IMG/VR virus record: IMGVR_UViG_3300037042_003896 | Coordinates: 1 to 64,000 of that record | From: a virus | Direction: 5' to 3' (one strand) | Length of the DNA: 64,000 nucleotides | Shown: one piece after another, positions 27,411 through 37,100 of the stretch | Layout: the number at the start of each line of letters is the position of its first letter | Numbering within the stretch: position 1 is the stretch's first letter | Translations under genes and position numbers: made by a program | The notes under the pieces: model-generated | Database searches by the model: none | Seen by the model: the letters and a program-made list of their open reading frames with translations, nothing else | What the model was told of the DNA's origin: nothing

Positions 27411-29639
27411 TTATTTTAAAATTTCTATTCCATCCCATGCTGTTACAGCATTAACGTCTTTTCTTGTTCCTATCAAAAGGACATTATATTCACCGTCACT
27501 GTTTGTGGTGACAGTTACACACGTTTGTTCTTTATTCACCACACCAAATCCATATCCTAAATGGCATGTAGCGGAAATAAACACCTGATCATTCTCATTT
27601 AAATATTTGTGATAATCAGGAAGTTCAATTATTCCACTACAATTACATGTTCTAACAATATGACGATAAATATTATCCCCTGCTGTTGGACTTTCTACAA
27701 ACGAATGTTGTAAATAATGTGTATTAGTCTTTGCAGGATTTGGATGATTTATTCTGAATGTTCCTGATGTTTTTGAAAGAGCATTAACATATGTTGTGCA
27801 AGCAGCACCTGCTGTAAGATTAGAACCAACAATGAATGAATTAGCAAAACCAGCTGTACTATTTGTTGTTCCACCTAATATTCCTGAACAAGCTCCAGAT
27901 GCTGTATTACAATATCCACCACTAACAGTTGAATAATTAGCACATGCTATATTAGTCCTTCCACCACTAACGGTTGAAAAATTACTAGATGCTGTATTAA
28001 CATACCCACCACTAACAGTTGACCAATTACCAGATGCTGTATTACTATTTCCACCACTAACAGTTGAACGATTACCAGATGCTATATTAATATATCCACC
28101 ACTAACAGTTGCATAATTACTAGATGCTGTATTAATCCTTCCACCACTGACAGTTGAAAAATTGAGAGATGCTGTATTACTATATCCACCACTAACAGTT
28201 GACCAATAACCAGATGCTGTATTACTATATCCACCACCAACAGTTGAAATATAACCAGATGCTGTATTAGTATTTCCACCACTAACAGTTGAATAATTAG
28301 CACATGCTGTATTACTATATCCACCACTAACAGTTGAATATTGACCACATGCTTTATTAGTCTTTCCACCACCAACAGTTGACCAATAACCAGATGCTGT
28401 ATTACTATATCCACCACCAACAGTTGAAATATAACCAGATGCTGTATTACTCCTTCCACCACTAACAGTTGAATAATAACCAGATGCTGTATTACTCCTT
28501 CCACCACTAACAGTTGAGGCATCACTAGATGCTATATTCTGAAATCCACCACTAACAGTTGCATAATTACTAGATGCTGTATTAATCCTTCCACCACTGA
28601 CAGTTGAATAAAGACTAGATGCTTTATTTTGAAATCCTCCACCAATAAAACTCATACAACCAGCGTCAGTTGGAGTTGGTGCTACAGACCAATAAGTTGA
28701 ATTCCACGTTCCTCCTGTGGTGTTATTTCCAATACCACCTGATATTGTTGCGCCTAATGAATAAAGACTGCAAGTTGCATTGGAGATTATGTTATTATTT
28801 CCACCACCAACAAATGAATATTGACCAGATGCTGTATTACTATATCCACCACCAACAGTTGAAAAAGAATTAGATGCTGTATTACTATATCCACCACTAA
28901 CAGTTGCATAATTACTAGATGCTGTATTAAGATTTCCACCACCAACAAATGAAAAATTACTAGATGCTGTATTAACATACCCACCACTAACAGTTGACCA
29001 ATTACCAGATGCTGTATTACTATTTCCACCACTAACAGTTGAACGATTACCAGATGCTATATTAATATATCCACCACTAACAGTTGAACAATCACCAGAT
29101 GCTGTATTTTGAAATCCTCCACCAACAAAAGACATAGCACCAGCATTACAAATAGTTGGTGCTGATGTAAATACACATGTTGCTAAATCCCAAGTTCCTC
29201 CTGTTGTATTATTTCCTACACCACCTGTAACAACTGCTCCTATTGCAAGACAACCTGAAGTTACATTGCAAACATTGTTACAATTACCACCACCAATGAA
29301 ACCTTGTACTGCTTGAGATAGATTTTTAAATCCACCACTAATTGTTGAATGATTACCAGATGCTGTATTAACATACCCACCACTAACAGTTGACCAATAA
29401 CCAGATGCTGTATTAGTAAATCCGCCACTAACAGTTGAATAATCTCCACTAGCACTATTACTATTCCCACAACGCATTGTGGAATTTGCTCCTGTTCCCA
29501 AGATCATAATAGATGAACTTGGAGGAATAGGTACAACTGTAGAAGCTACCACTTGTGTGAGCCGTGAAAGTTGTTTTAATATATTTTGTAATAGGTTTGA
29601 ATCATCACTCCAACCTATTTGTCTCGAAGGTATTGCCAT
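27411..29639 (-). CDS. Virion fibre/adhesin with 14-aa beta-solenoid repeats
   Basis: NTASGxxSTVSGGx repeats; C-terminal F.I.HP..L.H..VE.P chaperone-like domain. Confidence 0.75.
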   Translation of the reverse strand: MAIPSRQIGWSDDSNLLQNILKQLSRLTQVVASTVVPIPPSSSIMILGTGANSTMRCGNSNSASGDYSTVSGGFTNTASGYWSTVSGGYVNTASGNHSTISGGFKNLSQAVQGFIGGGNCNNVCNVTSGCLAIGAVVTGGVGNNTTGGTWDLATCVFTSAPTICNAGAMSFVGGGFQNTASGDCSTVSGGYINIASGNRSTVSGGNSNTASGNWSTVSGGYVNTASSNFSFVGGGNLNTASSNYATVSGGYSNTASNSFSTVGGGYSNTASGQYSFVGGGNNNIISNATCSLYSLGATISGGIGNNTTGGTWNSTYWSVAPTPTDAGCMSFIGGGFQNKASSLYSTVSGGRINTASSNYATVSGGFQNIASSDASTVSGGRSNTASGYYSTVSGGRSNTASGYISTVGGGYSNTASGYWSTVGGGKTNKACGQYSTVSGGYSNTACANYSTVSGGNTNTASGYISTVGGGYSNTASGYWSTVSGGYSNTASLNFSTVSGGRINTASSNYATVSGGYINIASGNRSTVSGGNSNTASGNWSTVSGGYVNTASSNFSTVSGGRTNIACANYSTVSGGYCNTASGACSGILGGTTNSTAGFANSFIVGSNLTAGAACTTYVNALSKTSGTFRINHPNPAKTNTHYLQHSFVESPTAGDNIYRHIVRTCNCSGIIELPDYHKYLNENDQVFISATCHLGYGFGVVNKEQTCVTVTTNSDGEYNVLLIGTRKDVNAVTAWDGIEILK

Positions 29640-31680
29640 AACTTATATGTTTTTTTCTATTATTAGTTTATCTATATCTTTCCTTTCGGCATATACACTA
29701 TAAAAACAATCTATCTGGACTCCATTAATTTCAATCTCATTAGCTGTGACCGATTTGACTGATAGGGCTTGATAATCCCCAATAGGCGTAAGATGTACTG
29801 TTATTGTATCTTCATGGACTAAATTAATCCAATATTCAGGAAGTGTAATTTTATTTATTCCTGTTAATCTTCCACGAACATAAACAGAATGTTCAGGTCC
29901 TTCTAAGACACCATATTGTAGGGTCATTTGTGGCTTGGTTGGATGAGGAATTACAAATGATTTTGTTGCTCCATATATTCCACCACTAGCACAAAGATTA
30001 TTAACATAAGTGGTACAAACTGCTCCTGCTGTAAGATTAGAACCAACAATAAATGAATCTGCAAAACCAGCTGTACTATTACTCTTTCCACCTAATATTC
30101 CTGAACAAGCTCCAGATGCTATATTACTAACTCCACCACCAACAGTTGAATAATTACCAGATGCTGTATTAACATTTCCACCACCAACAGTTGAAATATA
30201 ACCAGATGCTATATTACTTTTTCCACCACCAACAGTTGAATAATTACCAGATGCTGTATTAGTATTTCCACCACCAACAATTGAATAATAACCAGATGCT
30301 GTATTACTCCTTCCACCACCAACAGTTGAAATATAACCAGATGCTATATTACTTTTTCCACCACCAACAGTTGAAGTATTACCAGATGCTGTATTAGTAT
30401 TTCCACCACCAACAGTTGAAATATAACCAGATGCTGTATTACTATTTCCACCACTAACAGTTGAATATTGACCAGATGCTGTGTTACCAGTTCCACCACT
30501 AACAGTTGCACGATTACTAGATGCTGTATTAACCCTTCCACCACCAACAAATGAATATTGACCAGATGCTGTATTACAATATCCACCACCAACAGTTGAA
30601 CTAGTAGCATTTGCTACATTTCTAGTCCCACCACTAACAGTCGAACAAATACCAGATGCTGTGTTTAATAAACCACATCTTATTGTAGAATCTGCTCCTG
30701 CACCTACTATTATTATTGGTGCTGCGCCTCCTGGTGCTGGTGTATTGACTAATACACCATTAGTTGTTACACAAACAAAACATCCTGTTGTTAAATTAGC
30801 TGCAGATAAACAGTTTACGAATGTTGTACAAGTTTGTGTTGCTGTAAGATTTGAGCCAACAATAAATGAATCAGCAAATCCACATGTGTTATTTAATTTT
30901 CCACCTAGAATAGTTGAAAAATCACTAGATGCTATATTATTACATCCTCCTGATACAGAAGAATAATCATTAAGTGCGCAGTTTTGAAATCCTCCACTTA
31001 CCGTTGAGGCATATCCCGCTGCTATATTTCCTGGACGAGTTGTAGGTGGATAAAATAATGATGCAGTATTCCCTCCTCCACTGATTGTCGAAAGTGTTCC
31101 TGTAGCTAAATTACATCCACCACCACTTATTGTCGCAAGAGTACCACATATAGAATTAAAACTTCCACTACCAATAAACGAATTATAACCGCTATATATA
31201 CGATTAAAGTCTCCTCCTGTTATAGCGCTATTTCCACTTATCGCACAATTATAATATCCTCCACTAACAGTTGAATTTCTACCAGATACTCGATTACTAC
31301 GTCCACCACCTATAAAGGAATACATTCCTGAAGCAGTATTACAAGTTCCACCTACTACTACATCATCATATGATGTTGCTGAATTTTTAGTTCCTCCACC
31401 AACAAAAGTTCCAAGATATGTAGAATTATTACATATTCCTCCACCAATTGTTGCGTTATTACCAGATGCTGTATTAGTATTTCCACCACCAACAAATGAA
31501 TAACCACCAGATGCCATATTACCAATTCCACCACTAATAGTTGAATAACTATTATATGCTGTATTATTTATTCCACCACTAACAGTTGAACCAACACTTG
31601 AACAAACAGGATTAGATGCTGTATTACAAAATCCACCACTGACAGTTGAATAAAGACCAGATGCACTATTAAAACTTCCA
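27880..31680. repeat. 42-bp coding tandem repeat blocks in both fibre genes
   Basis: Recurrent CCACCAC(T/C)AACAGTTGA...(C/T)AGATGCTGTATTA units. Confidence 0.9.
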
Positions 31681-31841
31681 TCTCTCATTGTAGAACATGT
31701 TCCTGTTCCTGCAATCATAATAGAAGGGGCAGAAGGAGGACTAACTGCTGCAATTATTGCGTCAAGATTTAATTCTCCTTTTACAGGAGTTGTGGTTTTT
31801 CTCCAAATACCACTTTTGATATATACATTTGAGTTTGACAT
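29643..31841 (-). CDS. Second virion fibre/adhesin with 14-aa repeats
   Basis: Same repeat; KSFVIPHP..LQYGVLEGPE C-terminal domain. Confidence 0.75.
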   Translation of the reverse strand: MSNSNVYIKSGIWRKTTTPVKGELNLDAIIAAVSPPSAPSIMIAGTGTCSTMRDGSFNSASGLYSTVSGGFCNTASNPVCSSVGSTVSGGINNTAYNSYSTISGGIGNMASGGYSFVGGGNTNTASGNNATIGGGICNNSTYLGTFVGGGTKNSATSYDDVVVGGTCNTASGMYSFIGGGRSNRVSGRNSTVSGGYYNCAISGNSAITGGDFNRIYSGYNSFIGSGSFNSICGTLATISGGGCNLATGTLSTISGGGNTASLFYPPTTRPGNIAAGYASTVSGGFQNCALNDYSSVSGGCNNIASSDFSTILGGKLNNTCGFADSFIVGSNLTATQTCTTFVNCLSAANLTTGCFVCVTTNGVLVNTPAPGGAAPIIIVGAGADSTIRCGLLNTASGICSTVSGGTRNVANATSSTVGGGYCNTASGQYSFVGGGRVNTASSNRATVSGGTGNTASGQYSTVSGGNSNTASGYISTVGGGNTNTASGNTSTVGGGKSNIASGYISTVGGGRSNTASGYYSIVGGGNTNTASGNYSTVGGGKSNIASGYISTVGGGNVNTASGNYSTVGGGVSNIASGACSGILGGKSNSTAGFADSFIVGSNLTAGAVCTTYVNNLCASGGIYGATKSFVIPHPTKPQMTLQYGVLEGPEHSVYVRGRLTGINKITLPEYWINLVHEDTITVHLTPIGDYQALSVKSVTANEIEINGVQIDCFYSVYAERKDIDKLIIEKNI

Positions 31842-31905
31842 AGTTGTAATAGTTTATGTGTAGAATGGATAAATTCTATTTTTAGTTGTTAATTGTGTAC
31901 TTTAT

Positions 31906-32127
31906 TTAAACCATTTTATTTATATATCTGGATAATAGTATATAACAAGAGAAAAACGAGCCTGAGAGTCCATAAAAAGTAAGATCTGCTACCCAGAATG
32001 ATTGCGTCAAATCCATGATGAGTTTGAATATAAAATCGTATCCAAATGGCAAAAAGAACATCCCTAACATTAAGGATAGTTCTTTCATACTTCTTAAGTT
32101 TTTTAGCCTTTGGTTTACTATCTCCAT
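31906..32127 (-). CDS. Small two-TM membrane protein
   Basis: Two hydrophobic stretches; a second, overlapping 73-aa frame also exists. Confidence 0.5.
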   Translation of the reverse strand: MEIVNQRLKNLRSMKELSLMLGMFFLPFGYDFIFKLIMDLTQSFWVADLTFYGLSGSFFSCYILLSRYINKMV

Positions 32128-32157
32128 CAGGATTCATGTGTTGCTAATTTAATGTTT

Positions 32158-32283
32158 TTATCCTTGTCCTCGGTAATTTCTTTCCTTCTTATCTTTCTTG
32201 TTGAAGGTCTTGTGGGCTTTCCCACTTTTTTTCTTACCAAAGGTTATTTTTTTACTGTCTGTTGAAACTTTACCTTTTGCCAT
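32158..32283 (-). CDS. 41-aa basic peptide ending YRGQG (not in track)
   Basis: MAKGKVSTDSKKITFGKKKSG...NYRGQG. Confidence 0.65.
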   Translation of the reverse strand: MAKGKVSTDSKKITFGKKKSGKAHKTFNKKDKKERNYRGQG

Positions 32284-32286
32284 GAT

Positions 32287-32910
32287 TTAAAATTTTAATT
32301 TCCAATAACTAGAAAGTGAATACTGAATTTCGCCATTATATCCGACATGAACTCCAAATATTCTATCCTTTTTATCTTTATACAATGCTCCTATTTGCAT
32401 ACCGTTAAGCAGTTCTGTAGGATTTCCTATCAGTGCCATACCTACATACACTTGTCTTTTAGGTGGAGCTTGTTCTATTATTGTAATTATCTTTTCGGGA
32501 ATTTTTAAATCACTTATTAATTTACTTCCTATTAATTTGTTTATTTTAATTGTATCAAAGACTGTAACAAATCCAAATGTATCAATGGGAAACTTTGTTT
32601 CATAAATATTTTGAGCAAAGAGTTTATTACCAAGGTCTGTATATTGTTTTAATAATCCTGGATAGTTTGTATCTGGAACATATTCAGGAATAGTTTGCCA
32701 AATGGTATCAGGTTTGGTTTTAATATACTTTGGTTTTCCTACAACAGTATCGTGTATAGTAATGATATTTATTATAGTATCTATCTTAGGGACTATAACA
32801 GGAACATCAGTTCTATTACAACGTTGCAAGATTATAATTAAAAAAAGTACAATGATTAACACACTCGGTAACAGCGTATTAAGATTAGCCTTTGTAAGAC
32901 GTATAAACAT
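32287..32910 (-). CDS. Putative spanin-like lysis protein
   Basis: N-terminal TM ending LQRC, DT-rich linker, beta-rich C-terminus ending WKLKF; next to the endolysin. Confidence 0.5.
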   Translation of the reverse strand: MFIRLTKANLNTLLPSVLIIVLFLIIILQRCNRTDVPVIVPKIDTIINIITIHDTVVGKPKYIKTKPDTIWQTIPEYVPDTNYPGLLKQYTDLGNKLFAQNIYETKFPIDTFGFVTVFDTIKINKLIGSKLISDLKIPEKIITIIEQAPPKRQVYVGMALIGNPTELLNGMQIGALYKDKKDRIFGVHVGYNGEIQYSLSSYWKLKF

Positions 32911-33358
32911 TTTTGCTTCCTGATTTAGTTGATTTTAAAACTTGTTTTCTTTGCTTACCTGTAGATTCATAACTTACATGTACCCAATCAGGATTTATAT
33001 TAAATCCAAATTCCCAAATAAGTTGATCGAATTCTAAATGATCTTTAATAAAATTGAACACATCTGCATTTGTAATACTATTGGCAGACCCATCCATATC
33101 TATATCAAGGGCTTCTCCTTGACAGTGTTGAGAAGTAAGACTACTCCCAGCAATAGATGAATTTAACTCTTTACTCCTATATCCACTTGATATATAAATA
33201 GGAACACCAAAATGTTTACGTATAGGTTCAAATATTTTTTCAGCAAGAAGTTTAAGGTTTTTTAAATGTTCCTCTGTAGGCTGATTATTGATTCCTTTAC
33301 GTTTGGCACTATCACTTCGTATAACTTCTGCTAATGTTAAGTGTTCAGATAGATTCAT
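32885..33358 (-). CDS. Endolysin, peptidase M15 family
   Basis: LSEHLTL.E, ISSGYRS..LN, SQH..GEA.D, FDQLIWE, WVHVS. Confidence 0.88.
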   Translation of the reverse strand: MNLSEHLTLAEVIRSDSAKRKGINNQPTEEHLKNLKLLAEKIFEPIRKHFGVPIYISSGYRSKELNSSIAGSSLTSQHCQGEALDIDMDGSANSITNADVFNFIKDHLEFDQLIWEFGFNINPDWVHVSYESTGKQRKQVLKSTKSGSKNVYTSYKG

Positions 33359-33590
33359 CTTCGTGTGGTTTTGATTTCTTAAAAATTTTATTCGCTGCAC
33401 CTAGTCCTAAAGATCCAAATGCTAACATGCCTATTGCGCTCACCAGTGAATCCGCAGGTGTAAACACTCCCTTTGATAGAACATTAATAAATAATGTCAC
33501 ACAGAGGCTTAAAGTGCATAATATTCCTACAAATCTATTGGAAGAATAGTGTCCTCTTTCATCCTTAAAAATTTGTAAAAATAATATCAT
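33345..33590 (-). CDS. Putative holin (2 TM)
   Basis: SSNRF plus two hydrophobic helices; overlaps the endolysin start. Confidence 0.6.
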   Translation of the reverse strand: MILFLQIFKDERGHYSSNRFVGILCTLSLCVTLFINVLSKGVFTPADSLVSAIGMLAFGSLGLGAANKIFKKSKPHEDESI

Positions 33591-33934
33591 ATTTTAATGT
33601 TTGAGTATATGGTTGAAAGATATTCAATTACTATAACTATTGATATAATAATTCCTATTGTCCAACCAATTTTCTTTTTAAATTCTTCTTGCTTCTGTAT
33701 CTTTCCCTCAAGAACTTTTGTCTTGTCTTTTAAGACTTCTATATCATTAACAAACCCTCCTGTCTTAGTGAGTGGATTTCCTAGTATGGCATCTACAACC
33801 TGAGTAAGTTTAGTGTCGATAGAGGTGATACGTTCCTCTAGATCGTATAGTCTTTGATCCATGCTCTTAAGCTCGTTTGTTATTTGATCCTGGCAAGTTA
33901 AGCCTTCCGTTTGACAATTTACTAATGTTTTCAC
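33587..33934 (-). CDS. Coiled-coil protein with C-terminal TM (lysis accessory); start uncertain
   Basis: Heptad pattern then IGWTIGIIISIVIVI. Confidence 0.55.
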   Translation of the reverse strand: MKTLVNCQTEGLTCQDQITNELKSMDQRLYDLEERITSIDTKLTQVVDAILGNPLTKTGGFVNDIEVLKDKTKVLEGKIQKQEEFKKKIGWTIGIIISIVIVIEYLSTIYSNIKI

Positions 33935-34027
33935 TATGAGTCCATAAGTTAGTAAGAATTTATAAAAATTTATACATTTACATGATTCGTACGTGAATTA
34001 TATTGTAAAATTGTATATTTTTCTTTA

Positions 34028-34035
34028 CAAATATA
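34028..34035 (-). promoter_or_regulatory. -7 box before the lysis module
   Basis: Intergenic TATATTTG. Confidence 0.55.
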
Positions 34036-34107
34036 CAATTTTAACATAATATAATTTACAAACGTTAATTTATTTTAGACATAATATAGCATAAAGCGAT
34101 ATTATGT

Positions 34108-37100
34108 TTATTGTTGAATTCTTGGTTGAGCTGTCACCACTATTCCCATTTCTTTTGCAAATTCAGGATCTATTAATGGCAACCAATCTCTTTGAAATTG
34201 AGAAGCTACAGGTATAATATCCAAGAAATATTTTGCTGTATGTGTATCTTTCATAAGTTTTTCATTGTCAGTGACATAACCTATTGTTTCTGTTCCTAAT
34301 GCTGTAATTGCTTTTTGTGCTTTTCCAATTAAACCAAGAGCAGGAAGAAAACTACCCCTTGTCATACTTAAGAAAGAAACAGGACTGTAATAAAATCTCA
34401 CTTCATCTGTAATCTTATTCATGAGCTTCAGGAAATATTTATATTTATTTCTCGTTAATATATCTTCATCAGGAGGAGGAGCAGCTAGCTTAGCACCAAT
34501 CACCACTGTCATAAGTCCTAATAATGTTCCAAGTTCCTTCATTTCATTAGAAAGAGCTATTCTCATCATATCATAGAATTGTTCATTGGTAATTTCAAGC
34601 ACCTTTCCATTCTTTTTATAATATTCTTCTTTTTTTCTTGTGAGCATTTCATCCATGATAGCAAGTCCTTCATCTGTACCATTCATAATAGCTTGCATCT
34701 TCATAATATTCCAATTACAGGCTTGTATCCATGCTTTCATGAATGCTCTTGTTCTACCATATTCCCAATCATTGATTTCTGTATTGTATGTAATATCATG
34801 TCCTCTTATAGCAGATTGTCTAATAATCCAATTTCTGAACATAGCAAAAGACTTTAAAAGAATATCTCTCCTATATCCTGCTTTATTCTCCTGACTCATT
34901 TGCCCATTGAGGTTTCTTCCCCATTCAACTATTTGTGTCCTGAATTTTGCTAATTCTTTGTTTGATACCCCAGGGATTATCACTTCATCATTTTCTATTG
35001 TTGCTATTTTATCTAAGGAGGAACTGTCTTTAAGAGCCTTTACTCTTTCATTAAAAGTCTTTTCATATGCTTTACGTTCCTCTTGAGACATGATAAATTT
35101 ACCATTTTCATCTTTCTTATATCTACTTTCATCTTGTCTTGAGAGATGTTGTCTTATATTCACAATTTTACCATCTACTACCATTGCATTATCAATGAAT
35201 GAAAGAGCATTAGTAAATTGTAAGTTTCTTTCAGGAAGGTAGTTAGTTGACATCATTGCTTCTTGCATTGTCCATGTTCCTAACCATTTACCAAATCCTT
35301 GTTTCCATGCAATTTTCCTTCTTGCTTCCATGTATGGATCACCATTCAAAGGAACAATAAGGTCAATAAGTCCTTTTTGAATAGTAGTAAGATTTATTCC
35401 TGTAATCATCTTTCCATGATTAGCAAGAAATTCTTTATATGTGTACAATTTTCCATTGTTTATAAAGGATTGAAATTGATTTCCAAAATAGTTAGGAATC
35501 ATAACCATCCATCTAAGACCAACAGCTAAACTTTGTGTAAGAGCATTCATATTTTCAATACCCTTTCTTATATTCACTGCTCTTGTTTCAGCTACTTCTT
35601 CATTTGCTGATACAGCATTTGCTCCTTGGGATATAACAACATTTCCTAAGGAAGAGGTGTCTTCTTTAAGACCGTATACAACATCATCAATTTGTGTTGC
35701 TAAGATTTCTGCATTGGTATTTCCTCTTCCTATTCTTGGTTTACCACTTTCATCAGATACTATATTTCCTTTTTCTACAATGATATGGTCTTTGTTTCTT
35801 TCCACTTCTAACAATGTTAAAAGAGGAAGTTCCATATCTACAGATGCTTGATATTCATACAATGATTTTATCCATAGTGGCCCCACCATTGTAAGATCTT
35901 GTGAGAGTTGATTAACAGCTTTATCTGTTCTTGTAAATAATTTAGGTATCACCCTCTTTATTTGTCCTGTCTCCTTGTCTAATTTAGAATAAGAATGCTC
36001 CTCATTTATCCTTACAGAATACAAATCCTTAAACATATCAGAAGCCTCTTCCAACATATTATCAGAAGCTCTTAACTTTTGAATCATTGTAGCTTCTATT
36101 AAAGCAAAAAATGAAGACTTTCCATAGGACAAATATCCCATTTCAATAGCTTTCTGATTTAACTCTGTAAGAAATTCCCACATATCAAGAATAGCTTTAT
36201 CCTTTGCCATTTCCTTATAGCTCTCTGAAAGATGTTCATCAGCTTTCATTGTTAGGCGATATATCCTGTTGAAAGTACCATTGGTATATCCATTAAAAGC
36301 TTTACTTTCAATAGAAAGAGCATTCTTTATTTTCTCTTTTTCATATGTCTTTCTCTCTTCATTATCTCTGTCATCAGAAGAATAATGTGTGTCTTCAATT
36401 ATTTCATTCTGTTTTGTAATTACCTCTTGTGCTAATTTCTTATATGCTTCAAGGTTTAAATTTTCAAGGAGGAATGCTTTATTCTTCTCCTGTTGAGCTT
36501 TTGAGAGCTCATTTAAAAACTCTTTATCAACCTTTTCATGTAATAAAAATTCATTATCTTTAATTTTTGCTATTAAATTGAAAGCACTTTTTCCTTTTGC
36601 CCTGGCTACATTCTCTAAGGCTAACAGTAATGTTCCAAATCTTTTTGTTTCTTTCTCAACAAGAATATTAGTTTCCCCTCTTTTATTCAGAATATAATTT
36701 GTAGCTATGTTTATTATTTTTGAAGAAAGGAGAGAAGCTTCTGATAGCATTCTGTAAAATCCTCCTATTTCTTTCTCTGGTTCAAGAATATTTAATTTAT
36801 TTTCTTCATTTGTTATACCTTCAATAAGAGCAAATTGAACAGCATATTCCTTCTGTAAGTCTACAATATCCTCCAACATTACATCTGTTGCTCCTGCAAT
36901 ACTTCTTAATGTAGTAAGGATTTCTCTCCCTTTCTCATCAAGTGTATTTTTAGGGTAGTAAGAAAGAAATACCTTATCCAAAGAAGCAAACTTCTCAGCA
37001 CTCTTTTTAAATTCAAGAAGTTCAGCTAATTTTTTATTAATATCCTTTTGAGACATAGTAGAATAATCCACATTACTTAATGTATCTAACACTTTCTTGG

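Noticed and set aside
28082-30610. Alternative-frame ORFs with QLLVV/IQHLV repeats
   Set aside because: Shadow frames of the fibre repeats.
27880-31680. CRISPR array or DGR template/variable repeats
   Set aside because: The repeats are in-frame 42-bp coding units with no unique spacers, and there is no cas or reverse transcriptase gene in the window.
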